A stretch of DNA of 64,000 bases from Botryllus schlosseri (GCA_051294905.1 CM119386.1:434001-498000); one strand, 5' to 3'. Counted from the first letter of the stretch, positions 39,401 through 51,579 are shown. Made by a program: numbers and translations. Notes: a model not told the origin generated them from the sequence alone.

Positions 39401-42400
39401 TAGTTCTAGTTCTGGCTGCGCATTTTGAAAAACCCGCACTTCTGGTTCTAGTCATGAGTTTTGAAAAGTAAGTAGTTCTAGTTCTATCTGCAAGCTTTTA
39501 AAAACCAAGTAGTTCTATTTCTAGATTCAGATTCAGAGTTCTAGTTCTAGTTTTGAGAAGTGATCACTTCCAGTTCCAGTTACGGATTTCAAAATGCGAA
39601 CAGCTCTAGTTTTCTAGTTCCAGATTTTGAAAATGAAGCGGTTGCGACATAAATCAAAATCGACTCACAATTGTCGGTTGACGTCCGCGATATCTTCCGT
39701 CAGCTTCTGGATCTCTTTATGAACGGCGTCTCTCTCGCTCATCACGAGAGAATATTCGCGTTTGATCAACGTCCGCTCGTCGCGGACTCTGTGCAGGTCA
39801 CGCTGAAACAGCATCAAACGTTGACAGAGAATTTGAGAGAATTTCAATACTGGTTGTGACGCGAGCAAGTTTCCATTTCTATGCAGGGAGCCAGATATGC
39901 ATTGATGCAAGACAACCAACCTGCAATGAATCGTTCTTGTCGCTCATGTTGTGAAGTTGCGATAATCGCGCGTCTTGCTCTCGGGCTGAAATTAGTTTCA
40001 CTTTTCCAGGGCTAGGTCTTGTTAATGAGAAAGTGCCAAGCAACATACCCAAAGCGTTATATCTGGCCCTGATGTCTGCGAGTTCGTCCCGGCACAGTTG
40101 CAGACGACGCTGTCCGTCCTTGCTGGAGTTTGACTCTTCGTCAAATTTCATCTGCAGAGCTTCATGATTCCTTTTCAAACAGTCGTACCTGTGAAGTGTT
40201 TTTGATCAACTTGTTACACTACATGAGTGTGAGCCAAAAATATACCGGTTCATTCCAATACCGATATAATAATCAATTACAAATTGAAAATAAAATTACA
40301 AATTCCTCGAAGATGAATTTCAGCCGAAAAACTCACCTTTCCACGAGCGTCTCATACATTTTATTGAGAACGGGATTTCCTCCTCCCCCCGCGAGGATTT
40401 TTCGACGCAACATAGTCAGCTCTTGCCGGTCCCCCTCACTTTGGCGCTTCAGACCAGCTGATTCCGCCTGGCAGAAAAAGGTTTCAATGGAGCTGATCTT
40501 AGGAAACCACCAATTTAGTTAGTTGACGGTCAGATAACTAGGCTACTGGCTTTTTGACTAGTTCTAGTTCTAGTTGCGTATTTTGAACAGTGAGTAGTTC
40601 TGATTCTGGTTGAAAGTTTTGAAAAGCGAGTGGTCTAGTTCTATTTGTAATTGCGCATTTTGAAAATCCAGCAATTCTAGTTTCAGTTGCAAGTTTTAAA
40701 GATCGAGTACCTTTTATTTTAGTTCTAGTTGCGCATTTTGAAATTCTAGCAGTTCTACTTATAGTTGTTACTTTAGAAAAGTGAATAGTTGTAGTTGCAA
40801 GTTCTGAAAAGTGAGCATTACTAGTTCTAGCTCTAGTAGCACATTATGAGAATCCAGTAGTTCGTAGAAGTAGAATCATTCAAACCTGTGAGTGAGCCAA
40901 CTGCTCCGACATCCGTTCGAGTCGTTTCGATACCGTTTTCAAGTCTTCGTTGAGAAGGTCTCTCTCGCACGACACAATCTCCAAACTCTGGCTCAGATTG
41001 GGGTTCGACCCAGCGTCCCCCCTCAGAGACCTGCTCCCCGCATCTGAACCGGTTACGTTACACGTCAACATCAACGACCGACAAATAATATCGAGTCAAT
41101 ACCATGCTTTAAAACAAATATCGGTTTCATCATGAGAGGTAAAAGATATCGACAATTTTGGTGAAATCACAACATGGTAGTAGGGAATATTGCTAGACTG
41201 GAAATATTATCTATTTCAGGGGCGGCCAACCCGTGGCCCGCGGGCCAGATTTTGCAGAGTGGCTCGTGAGATAATTCCCGAAATTAGCTATAATATAAAA
41301 TAATAAATTTCCCATGTAATATATTGCGAACTTGAAAGGCAAACCAAAAATTTGATTTGATTGACTGCGAAATTTAGATTGTTGATAACTTAAATATCAG
41401 TTCCAAAAAAAAAATTTCTTGCCACCCTCCAGAAAATTTAGCGAATTGAGTCTGACTATACTCGCAATTATGAAAGAACGTGTCGTCCAACATCCGACTT
41501 CGCGTCTTATATGTTTAAGCGCCAAATAATCCTGTCATTGTTAGATGAGCCCAGCAACATACAGAGGCAACCCGCAATATGACATTGACATTATGTGACA
41601 TTAGTATTGGCCGAACTGATTCATTAACCTTGAAAAATTTTCCTGCTTTGCGCGGTTATGACCTGACCTGACTTTTTCTCAAATCATACTGGCTACTTGA
41701 TAAAATTGTTAGGTTACCTAATTTAAGCCTACACACCAAATTTGGTTCAGTTCCAACCAGTAGCCGCATTGCTACAGGAGAAGACAGTTTCGATTTATTA
41801 TATAAAAATGAATAATAAAAAAATTGAAAATTTCACTGTTCACCCCATGAAAGTGTTGCGTTGTCTATAGGAACGATATTCACCAAATTTGGTTCAATTC
41901 CAACCAGTGGAAGCGGAGTTGTCACCGTCGAAAAATTTTGATTTGAATAAAATAGCATTTACGGTGATCACAACTATATTAAATATCTAAAGAATCGGTC
42001 ACCGTAAATAGGCTACTATTTTATTCAAATCCAAAATTTTTCGACGGCAATAACTCCGCTTCCATTGGTTGGAATTGAACCAAATTTGGTGAACATCGTT
42101 CCTATAGACAACGCAACACTTTCATGGGGTGAACCGAAAATTTTCAATTTTTTTATTAAAATAAATCGAAACTGCCTTCTCCTGTAGCAATGCGGCTACT
42201 GACTGGAATTGAACCAACTTTGGTGTGTAGGCTTAAATTACGTAATCTATCAATTATATCAAGTGGCCAGTACGATTTGAGAAAAAAAGCCATTTTTGAA
42301 TACCCCTAATGCACAGTGCACACTTACTTTTTATGACATGATTGTTATCGATTTTGATGCATAGGGATACAGGTCTTGTTTTTATTGTTCCATAATCAGG

Positions 42401-45400
42401 TTCGCTCCTAAGGGACGACTAAAGAAAGGTCATTGATATTCAAGGGGCCCGCGGATTGACTGGCATATCCCATGCAACCCTTTGGTCGAAAAGGTTGGCC
42501 GCTCCGAATCCATTTCTTATAGGCAGAAGTGGTCAAAGTAATTATAGCTCGCACTTGAGTAATTAGTGCTTGTCTTCTGTGGAAAAGTACAAGTCCTCCG
42601 TTGCTGACCATATCTGCCAGCTAACTTGATCTCGATTCGAACATTGAGCACATGGTTTTTATTTTCCGTGATTCTATGGACTCGCTGATTACATTGTTAG
42701 GCTGCTGATTCATTATCATTTTTTTTTTAAATTTCAAATTTTACCGTCAACCACAAGAAGTTGTTAAGTTGTTTATAAAAGAGATGCAAAAGAACTGTGA
42801 CGCCATCCCATCCCACATCCCATAGAAGCGAAGTTATTTGAGTTTTTCATTCATAATTCTGGGGTTACCCACCGTCCAGGCTATTTTGCGAACCGAAAAT
42901 TTTCAACAGCAGCAACAACTTCGCTTCTGCCGGTTGGATGGACGCAAAAATTGGTAAGCATCATTCGTTTCAACAACTCAACAGTTTCGTGGGGTTGACA
43001 GTAAAATTTAAAAAATTTTTTTTTAATTGACATATTAATAAATTCAAAATTTTCAAACTTTCACATATCTACCAATAGGTATCGAGACAAATTTGGTGTG
43101 CAGCGTAGGCAACCTAACAAATTCGATCAGTGAATCCCGGGAATGGGGAAAAACAACCCTCTGAACACTATGACTTGGACTCAAGACTCGCGTCTCAACA
43201 CTGTTACTCAGGACTTCACCCTTTCTTTGCTCCTGGACTTGGTCCCAGACTTGACTAAAAATGACAAAAGTCAAATGGACTCGGGACTTGGTTACAACCG
43301 TGGAAGCGATTGATGACAATGTCTACCTGGCACTCGCGAAAAAACAGCTGCTAGAATAACACACGTCGCTGACACCAACCTGCTCATCGACTACAAAGCG
43401 CCGTGCAGCTGAGCCATCGCGCTCAGACGATATTAAGAGCCAAGTGCCCTTCACGCGTGACGTCACGTTAACATACAACAATTCAGGCTCGTTCAAAAAT
43501 TGCCTGACAACAAACGAGTGTTTGCAACAAAGGATTAATCACACTTGAAAGCGGAACTGTTTCCCCGATTGTGACAAGATAATTAAATGGCTGGTGCTCC
43601 GAGTCATGGCACAACAATTTGCGGATGATAATGAAATTGACATCCAGATCACTCGATCCCCCTCTGTAATATGTACGCTAGTGCAGTGTCAGACAACTAG
43701 AGAATTTACAGCTACTGGCATTCCAAATTAGATTCCAATTAGAATGATAACAACACAGTTTTTTCAAATTAGATTCCAATTGGAATTACTGGATTAGCTA
43801 AAACTTGGAAAATGAATTGAATTCCGACATGGAAAGAAATCCATTAAAAATCACTTCGTATCAAACCAGAGTTGATTTTTATAACCATGAGAATGGAAAA
43901 TGACTGTGCACCAAACATGGCTCGTTTGCAAGTTACAGTCCTCCTGTATCATGCACAGGAAAACCAGAAATCACATCAAGAATTAAAATGAGAGCATAGA
44001 AACATTGCACAAATTATAGATTAGAATTACCAGCGTTTGCACCAATTAAACTGATTAGACAACTAGAATTATCGGTATAGAAGCACAAATCATGATCAGT
44101 AGACTAGGCCACATTATAGACTAAGCAAGGCATTACAATATCTTTTCAGTTCTCGAACACTTTAATAAGGCAGAGTTTAAGGGAATCAAATCATATACTG
44201 AATGCAGCATGTGTTTCATTCAAAAGAAAACAAAAATTCACTACCGTACCATATTTCGTGATACAGTTGTTGACATACAAATTTCCTTCCAATTCTCTAC
44301 TAGTTGCTGACGATTACCCATGATGACGAGTGTCAGCCAATGATATTCGGGTTCATTTCAATATCATTCTATTATTAAACTGTGTACTGAAGTTCTGCAC
44401 CTCCAGGAAGCTCCGCAAAGATCTACTAGGAAGTGGCACCAGTTAGGCTAATTGAAACCTACATATTCACAGCTACGCTTTTGTCATGTTGATTATTTGC
44501 GACAACAGGTTTTGTTATCAGAATTGTGGTCGGGAAAATAACCAGCCAGCATGTCACAGGGCAGGTGATAAAACAACGACACCGTCATGCATGTCATGAG
44601 AATAGGCCTTTCAACAAACAACAGAAGCCCGACATGGTGGAGAATTATTTGACCAATGTGTTTGCTAAAGATTAATGAACGTTGCTCGAGCAGATACCAA
44701 GGGGTAAAATATCAACCGTTACCTTTTGACCTCCTCAATTCATAATAGCGATACCAAATTCTCATAACTACTGGGGTTGAGCAAAATCCAGGACCCGCGT
44801 GATTCGAAACAACTACTAACAACTAGGTTATAATTAGCGACGCCCTCCAAATTCTGCTGGGATTTGTATTTCAAAACTACTAGGAGAAACACGAAGTGAT
44901 ATCAAAATTATGACCTGGTTTTGACAATAAAAACAAAATCACCCCGCCATTTAGACCTATCAATGTCTCTCTTCTTGGCCCCGTATCAATTTACTGAAAG
45001 CGGTTTTGTGAATACAGCAACACGATCTCACTCGGACAAAGTGATAATGTGAATGGTTTTAGAATTGAGGCGATCTTTCAGAAAAGTACATTTCAATGAA
45101 AGTTGTCTTGAAAGAGACATTGTTTCAGTAGCAGTGACGAGTTCATTGCAGATTGATTCTACTACCGGTACATAAAGCAAGCTTTCAGATGCAAAACTGG
45201 CCTGACCCACTTTTACTCTTTTTGGTCTGGAATTAGTGTGTTTCTACTTGGGACTCCTGCATACTTTTAAAAAATTCTAAAAATCTAGAATGCTATTCTG
45301 TTCTTCTTTACATTACGAGTGTTCAAGTTGTTCAAGTCTGATTTCGCTTATCATTTTTGGTTTTCCTCATAGTTTATCCTACCGTACTTCTTAAGACACT

Positions 45401-47427
45401 AGTGTTTTTATTGTCGGCCTAATGGGATTTATTTTAATACTATATTGATGTTGAAATGAAACGGGAAATTTCTGGCTAATGGCCTACTACTCATCAATGT
45501 TTCAGCCCGTAAAACAAGCATTCCGAAACAAAACTTTCCTGGTAGATAGAAGGAAACAACAATCGAGTGACGTGAAATCTGTGCTTATCTTCACTCTGAG
45601 TGGGTTTGCAATCCTTTATTCAAGGACACTCGAATGGTTCGTAACATACAGCTGACCGTATCAAAAGAGCTTTTTAGTGAGATCATTTGCGTTTCATCGA
45701 ACGTTACTCATGGCGCAAAACCAAGTTTTTAACAAATCAACACACAATCCATTGCAAGATGGCGGTTAATTGGTAAAAAAAAAATATTCAGACCCATCCC
45801 AAGATAAACTGTGGATGAAAAAAATGAACAGGGCTCACTCAAATATTTTAGGCAAGCTTATGCAACCAAATAATTTTAATTGTCGACTGATAAGAGTGAA
45901 ATACTGGTGATCTAATTCTGATTTAATTTGCGAAATATTTCTATACTCTCATTTTAATTCTAAGTTGTGGTTTTCCGGAAAATGCATCAGGATGACTGTA
46001 TCTTGCGACACAATCTAAGCTCGGTGTACAAACATTTATGAGAATGGAAACATACTTGATATAGTACTGGACTTGGTTTTTGTTGTGTTTCTTTACAAAA
46101 TTCAGCAATGATTCTAATTCTAATCTAGCTTGTAAAATTTTTTATGTTCTTATTTTAATTTGAATCTAATTTCTGGTATACCTGAAAATGCTGCAGAACT
46201 GTGAAAAACAATTGTGTTGCTATAATTCTAATTCTAATCTAATTTGGAAAAGATTGTAGTTATAATTCGGATTCTATTATAATTTCGAAAATTTTGTTGT
46301 TTTTGTCTACCTTGAAGTCTTGAGTTGCTGGTACCAATAAGTCTTCATAAAATGATCACATTCAGAAATAATATTTTTATATTCAGAGTTCAGACCAATA
46401 ATTGTCACCACTAATGCTCATTACGATATTTTGACATTTAATATCCTTTAGCTAGAAGTAGTCAATCAAAACACGTCTTCACAGAAATATATCAGATTAA
46501 AGATACCGTATAGCAGTGTTTCCAACAACTGGTGTAAATGATGATATCTCCTCACCTTTGCCAGATACTTGAGTCATCAGGCTCTTCGTGACATGAGGAG
46601 CGATTTCATCCAAATACCGACATAACGTAAAACTTTGCTGACCTCTCGCTAAGGAGTTCAAAACAATTTCTGCCTGCAAACATAATTTTAAAGCGATGAC
46701 GAATTTCGAGCTCAACTTTGTACATTAGGGTTTTTCATAAACAACTTTTTTGTTCAAAATTTGCTGGTCATTCGATAAAGTTGTTAGGTTCGCTCGATTC
46801 CAACCTGTAGAAGCGAAGCTATTAGTGATTTGTCTAGAAAAACAATGCGTTGTAAATTTGGCTCAATTCCAACCAGTAGAAGCATATTATTTGAATTCAA
46901 AATTTCGGATTGAAATATTAGTAGGCCTAGGTGATTTACGATAGGTAGGCCTAGTTGTATAATTCTAATTAAAGAATTTTCCAGTGACCAGCGTAAATAC
47001 TATTTTTCGCAAATCCTAAATTTTGTAGTCTAATAACTTCGCTTGGCTATACATGCTGTGTATCGTTTTTTATACAACTCCACAATTTTATTGAGGTGCC
47101 AGTAAAATTTGAGAAAAAAAATTATAATTCGCTTTTAGCGGTTGGGGCGGTAGCCAACAAAATTTGAACAAAAGCATTTTATTTTTAGTTTCAGATGTAG
47201 GCTATAGTAGGCCATGCCATAGTATATTTTTTTATTACTACTAACCGCAATATTATAAATCTCACCTTTTCTTTAACAGAAATCACTGAATTGATCTCAA
47301 TCAGATCATCGTTGCTTAGAATTCTGGCCGAAGACAATCTTTGACACAGGGAAGCAAGAATTTCTTCACCGGCGATTATGAGATGACCAAGGATTTTGTG
47401 ATAGTTTTCTGTCACATTTATTTCCAT
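18703..47427 (-). CDS. DLG5: Discs large homolog 5 (MAGUK scaffold: CARD-like, coiled coil, PDZ, SH3, GUK), complete, 35 exons, about 1641 aa
   Basis: Exons in transcript order: 47427-47266, 46673-46556, 41043-40886, 40467-40337, 40188-40049, 39985-39921, 39802-39669, 39067-38971, 38319-38081, 37276-37150, 36890-36669, 36041-35697, 34899-34822, 34763-34700, 34608-34551, 34132-34036, 33973-33805, 33599-33447, 32933-32875, 32808-32753, 31730-31679, 31622-31525, 30714-30584, 28057-27748, 26939-26662, 25917-25803, 25425-25240, 24690-24550, 23316-23152, 22094-21992, 21455-21223, 21122-21023, 20549-20440, 19589-19474, 18818-18703. Total 4926 nt, all GT-AG, phase-consistent. DLG5-diagnostic motifs: LNKMYET, EYSLVMSERD, HDSAIDT, GGTWPR, RRIRIPS..SGSEKGS, RRSFF and terminal EQRKVLWLPA. 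Confidence 0.93.
19013..19422. mobile_element. hAT MITE with GGATT(A/T) subterminal repeats
   Basis: TIR CAGAGATGAGC / GCTCATCTCTG; TSD GTTTCCAC / GTTTCTAC (7/8). Confidence 0.85.
19640..20230 (+). repeat. Degenerate about 30-bp minisatellite (GTTCTAGTTGCGAGTTTTGAAAAGTGAGTA), representative array
   Basis: Same unit at about 850-1060, 27030-27300, 32200-32430, 39150-39630, 40550-40865 (+ orientation) and 33680-33804 (- orientation). Confidence 0.8.
23152..23316 (-). CDS. DLG5: DLG5 exon encoding SH3
   Basis: RTLFDNIAEGSLSFVRNSILLVDSTWPEHAVGWWSAWLLDEHGERTKNGKVPSK matches the MAGUK SH3 pattern (ALYD...LSF...IL.VD.T...W.AW.LDE...G.IPSK). Confidence 0.92.
24550..25425 (-). CDS. DLG5: DLG5 exons encoding PDZ4 and SH3 start (not in ORF track)
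   Basis: 25425-25240: QPRLVESVCGLGECVIVGGNNTGLFFQSVGEEAAKSGLKTGDEMIELN. 24690-24550: NLDLQNSTLERASMLI...PGDFFYVR. Confidence 0.85.
26662..26939 (-). CDS. DLG5: DLG5 exon encoding PDZ3
   Basis: EPRHISMVKGVEQIGISIVGGGAKGGIFVS...GLEYGDQLLEYNGINLRSASEEQGRAI...ITFLAQYN, nearly identical in motif to vertebrate DLG5 PDZ3. Confidence 0.95.
28316..30278. mobile_element. GACTCGAGTC-family hAT MITE split by a nested Charlie-type element
   Basis: TIR CAGGGTTGTAA / TTACAACCCTG; TSD CTTCAATT / CTACAATT (7/8). Confidence 0.8.
28700..30155. mobile_element. Charlie-type non-autonomous hAT (nested)
   Basis: TIR CAGAGGTCTCAAAC / GTTTGAGACCTCTG; perfect 8-bp TSD CTCTACTC; CGCGGGCCG subterminal motifs. Confidence 0.9.
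30760..31400 (+). repeat. Degenerate about 40-bp minisatellite family (TTCTAATTCTAATCTAATTTGGAAAAAACTGTGTAGCTATAA) with a conserved AAATGCTACAGGAGAACTGTATCGTGCGAAA block, representative array
   Basis: Recurs at about 14280-14520, 23420-23800, 24330-24530, 27400-27700, 34230-34480, 37550-38030, 45900-46290 and inverted at about 43700-44050. Confidence 0.75.
35697..36041 (-). CDS. DLG5: DLG5 exon with divergent PDZ2
   Basis: LNLETGLFVT...VEDRVVCINETSV corresponds to human PDZ2 ISLENGVYAA...VGDRIVAINGIAL (from memory). Confidence 0.7.
41673..42308. repeat. Palindromic MITE of an abundant family (GGAATTGAGTCAAATTTGGTG motif; ends ...TTGAATAACCCTA)
   Basis: Arms 41673-41969 and 41997-42287 are reverse complements with a loop of about 27 bp. 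Related copies at about 1-345, 3640-4039, 20640-20700, 25980-26580, 42780-43110 and 46720-47170. Confidence 0.8.
43327..43387 (-). CDS. DLG5: Candidate alternative first coding exon of DLG5 (MSRLVSATCVILAAVFSRVP)
   Basis: ATG at 43387, 61 nt open, donor CAG|GTAGAC in phase 1, matching exon 41043 (G|AT). It lies in a CpG-richer island inside the 5.5-kb intron 2. Confidence 0.4.
43451..43470. promoter_or_regulatory. Overlapping palindromes TCACGCGTGA and TGACGTCA (CRE/ATF-type site) upstream of the candidate alternative DLG5 exon
   Basis: Sequence tcacgcgtgacgtcacgtta, about 65-80 bp upstream of ATG 43387 on the - strand. Confidence 0.35.
46556..47427 (-). CDS. DLG5: DLG5 exons 1-2, N-terminal CARD/death-fold-like domain
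   Basis: MEINVTENYHKILGHLIIAGEEILASLCQRLSSARILSNDDLIEINSVISVKEK|AEIVLNSLARGQQSFTLCRYLDEIAPHV aligns in helix pattern with the human DLG5 N-terminus as recalled (L.AAGALS..E..QLD...KAELLLKLL...L....PHL). Donors are GTGAGA and GTGAGG, and phase 1 joins exon 41043. Confidence 0.7.
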
Positions 47428-49194
47428 TTTTCACGTCACAGTTTATACATTTTATGTGAATCCATTGCGGCACTGGCATCCCTCCATGGTATCGAAAGAT
47501 TTCAAAACAGAATTCTTTTAAAATTCTATACTATCAGACAAATATACATCTGAAAACGGATGAAACAAGATTTTATTGTCACAGAAGATTTTACAAATAA
47601 AACACTTTAATAGACCTCAAATCTTTCAAAATACAGCAAACAGACTTTGACAATCTACCAATCTATTGAAATGACTGTCAATTAACTACCGGTTTTTCGA
47701 GTAGTTTTAGTTCTTGTTCCACATTTTGTGAATACCATAGTTATAGAGTTGCTGTTTGAAAAAATTATTTGTTGAACAACTATTAAAACGCGTCGTCATT
47801 TGGTGTGAATCGTGATACCGGTTTTCCGCTTTGTGATGTTTTCACAGCCATTGCTAGCTCATTGTCATTGCTACTACTACCAGTGGTATAGCTTGGGGTG
47901 GGTTCTGGGGGTCGAAACCCTTCCCATTTCAAAGTCGAAACCACGTCCTATTGAAATGAGCAATTCATTAATTTGCATTACTGGTACTGTGTTAGTTTGT
48001 TTTTAGTTGCGTTTTAGTTGGCTAGTAGTAGATTTTCAAAAGCTGTTAGCAGTACTTGCTTTTGCAAGTTTTTGGAAACGCGAGTACCATAGTTCTAGTT
48101 GCGCGTTTTGAAACTCCAGTAGGCCTACTTTGTACTCAAGTCTACTCTGATGATTTTTCTGATTCTGGCATGTACCTTTCAATGGTACAGGGTCACTCGT
48201 CACTTTATGTGACCACAAGGAATATAGTGTTAGTTACACATCACATTAAAGATCATTTGATCTTTTTTTCTTTCACACCTGTTTCATTGACATTTTTGTC
48301 ACATCGTGTCAAACATAACAATGACCAAGATATGGCCAGAAAAAAATGACCATTTCACAAAAGAACTGGATTTTTGCCAATTTTCATTAACAGAAATAAG
48401 ATAATCTAATATGCCAGTGACTATATAAAACCCCACCCTGTTTTTAGAATATTATGCCATCTTCACCACAACCTAATTGCTCCCTTCAACAAGCAAGGAC
48501 GTTCTTAAACTAAGTACTGCAAGCCAGCAATGTATGGTCTATGAACTTGAGTGCCAGTGCATTTGTAGAATATCACCAGGATGTGCATAAGAACACTAGG
48601 TATAAAGTTCTTCCTTGATTCCAGACAGGAAATGGTCTCGACATTGGCACACAGAAGAACACAATCAAGACAAGAGATTTTGCATATCATAGTCATCGGG
48701 AGATGCGGTGTTGTCATTTGAGTGTGCATTGGAATAAACTATTGTATAGATCAAAATTCAGCAACCCAGTAACAGTAGGCTACGCGCTAACAGAGTAAGG
48801 AGTTCTTGTATAACTTGAAATTGAAAACAGTAGATTGAGTCCAAGTCATCTGTTAGGCATAGGCATTAGTCTTTGATTATTCGAATTTTAAAATTTTGTG
48901 GCATCATAATTGTTTGTTGATATGCAACAGTTTTTCGAATAATCTAGTAGCTGACGATTGTAAAGTATTTGATGGAAGAAACCCTTCTGTCACGTGCAAC
49001 TTATCGCCGAAAACAACCACCACTGTTTTCAGTCTCAATCAGTTTTATTAATATTTTCATCATTTCAAAACATCACAAGACACCGATACAATGAAAAGTA
49101 GAAAGGTGGCTGCGTATATAACGGTGTAAAAAATTACTAAGTCTTTTGTTTACTATAATCCCGCGTCTAACCTTAACTGAGTATGGCTCTAGAC

Positions 49195-51579
49195 CAGTGA
49201 TTCCCAACCGCGGCCCTGAGGGCCGCATGCGGCCCCCAGCTAGCCTTCTTGCGGCCCCCACAAAAATATTGAGAAATCGATTTATGAAAAAAATTATATT
49301 TATAAAATAATCTTGCTTGGCTTGGAGTCTGGAGTTTTCAATTAGGATTGCAGGCAAGTTGTGAGTAGACTGCTAAGACTGCCAAGCCCCCCAAGTGGGG
49401 GGAGCGAGTTCGAAGGGGGCCCGAAATTATTTGGTGAATTAGCATATATTATAGAGTATTTTATGAAATTTTATGCAAATTTTTCAAAGAATTTTTGCGC
49501 TGCGCGCGATTTCAAGTTTCCAAGTACCCTAATTGTAGGCTTACCATATTTTGGAAATCTAAAAAGAGGACACATTTTCAGAAATTTGAGACTTGCAAAA
49601 CCGGAGAAGAATTCTCAAAAATCGGTGAATTTTTCCCACTTTGTGATCGGTTAACTAAAAAAAAAGGTCAACTTTCCGCGTGGAGATCAAAATACCGTTT
49701 TTTTCTCCACATTGCTAGGTGGTTGACTAAAAAAAAAGGTCAACTTTTCGCTCAGAGCTCAAATCACCGTCTTTCACTCCGAAATACCCGCCGGAGCGTC
49801 ACTTCTGTGCTAATTTACGGCATATCACTCGCATTTTGCTCTAAATGTGACCTAAATTTTCAAAAAAGAGGACAAAATCTCAAAAAAGAGGACAAAAGGG
49901 CGTCCTCCGAGGACACTTTCAAAAAAGTCAAAAAAGAGGACAAATCCTCTTAAAAGACGACGTATGGTAACCCTAAATTATTGGGTACTCTTCGACCAAG
50001 ATAAAATGCGCAAGATTTATAGAAGTGGGCATATCGGCGTTGGTCATTACCGCGCCACGACGCACGAAGACATAAAAAGTTTTAGGCCATGTAACATGCG
50101 ACTCCAAGAAGTGTGCCAGAACGATCGGCAGCGAGAAAACCTTGGCCGAAAAGGACTGCCCTTACGCTGACCGAAAACTTCGTTATGTATATTCAAAATA
50201 CATACAGGTATAATTGACCATAGGCGCCTAAATGACTGGCGCCGAATGTTCCTGTCTTGGCAATCTGAACGTCACGAGACAAATAGGCTACCATCCCGCA
50301 GGGAAGAATTATATGCCAGTGAAGAACTACCAATTTGAAATCGCGTGCATCTTTTAGTTTAGTACGTTTGGGCGATTCTATATTTTTCGATATAGCAGTT
50401 TGGAGGTCACGAAATAACAAATAACATCATGTAACGAAGTCGTACCAACGGGTCCACCCGTCCGAATATGTTTAATTTTTATTTACGGGCCCTACAGTTT
50501 CCAAGACACCTCACTCAGCTCTACCGGTAAATCTGATTACGTGAGCAGAGAGGACAAGTAATTGATAGCAATATATATGCAATTCCCGATCTTATTGACC
50601 TATTTTATTTTGAATTATCGAAAATTTTCGCGCTTCACGCTGGCTCACTAAACGGGGATCCTGATTTCGTGGCAGAAGTGAACAACGGCACGGGGGGTCT
50701 GTTTATCACCCTATGGGAGCTCAAGACCTAAGTGTTTTGGGGGGCCTGACGAAGTGCTGTTTCGTTCCTGCCAACGGGTATACGCCCGAAGATGTTTAAT
50801 TAATATTGAGTGGTCCTACCTTTTCAAACACAACTTACTCGGCTCAACCGGTCAATCTGATTACGTGAGCAGAGAGAGGATAAAAATTGATACCAATATA
50901 TATGCAATTCCCGATTATATTGACCAATTCAATCATGAATTATAGAAATTTTTCGCGCTTCGCGCGATTTGTCGAGAGAAGCTGCCTAAAACGGACACCC
51001 GATTTAGATGATAAATAGCGGTCAACAGCCATGTAGCCTGAGGGGGTCTGGGGGCTTCGAAGTTCGGTTTATCACCCTATGGGGGGCCGAAGAGAAACGT
51101 TTTTTTTGGGGGGGGGGCGGGCTGACGAAGTGCTGTTACGGCCCTGGGTATTGATAACTAATTTACGGATAGATGTGCAACAAGTGACTCACGATTGAAT
51201 TCGTCGAGATGCGTACGGCTTAGCCGGCAAAAAGCAGCATAATTGGTAGTCCTATAGCTCGCGACCCGAGCGTTCGAATAATTTGATATGTCGGTGTTTA
51301 TCGAAAGCAATTGTCGCACTGATTCCAAAAATGCGAATTGAAATCTCGCCAGGGCAATAAAACTACTCCGAAATAGCCAGCAAAGGTTGATTGTTCTGAA
51401 CAACGGGAGCGCGGCAACACAATGGCCAATGGCGTCAAGCGAATGATCGGAACAATGCCAATTTTCATATTTTGGTGACTATTTTGGGTTCCTTTCATTG
51501 CCCTGGTATTCGTGCGGCCCCGGCCGTACTCTGAAATTCTAAATTTGGCCCTGCCATCGAAAAAGGTTGGGAACCACTG
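49195..51579. mobile_element. Charlie-type hAT carrying nested repeats
   Basis: TIR CAGTGATTCCCAACC / GGTTGGGAACCACTG (14/15); perfect TSD CTCTAGAC (NTCTAGAN Charlie preference). Contains a MITE at 49536-49975 and a tandem duplication of about 330 bp at about 50500-51140. Confidence 0.88.
49536..49975. mobile_element. Blackjack-like hAT MITE (TAGGGTTACCATA ends, AAAAAGAGGACA repeats)
   Basis: TAGGCTTACCATA / TATGGTAACCCTA; TSD eroded. Homologous copy at 57990-58398 and remnant at about 1440-1660. Confidence 0.7.

Noticed and set aside
44900-45210. ORF 45028-45210 and nearby AG/GT pairs as additional DLG5 exons
   Set aside because: No phase-1-in/phase-1-out stop-free exon with good splice sites, and no DLG5 similarity; exon 2 already joins exon 3 in phase.
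48505-48729. Cys-rich ORF upstream of DLG5
   Set aside because: No recognisable motif in any frame, stops in the alternative frames, and no convincing splice sites.
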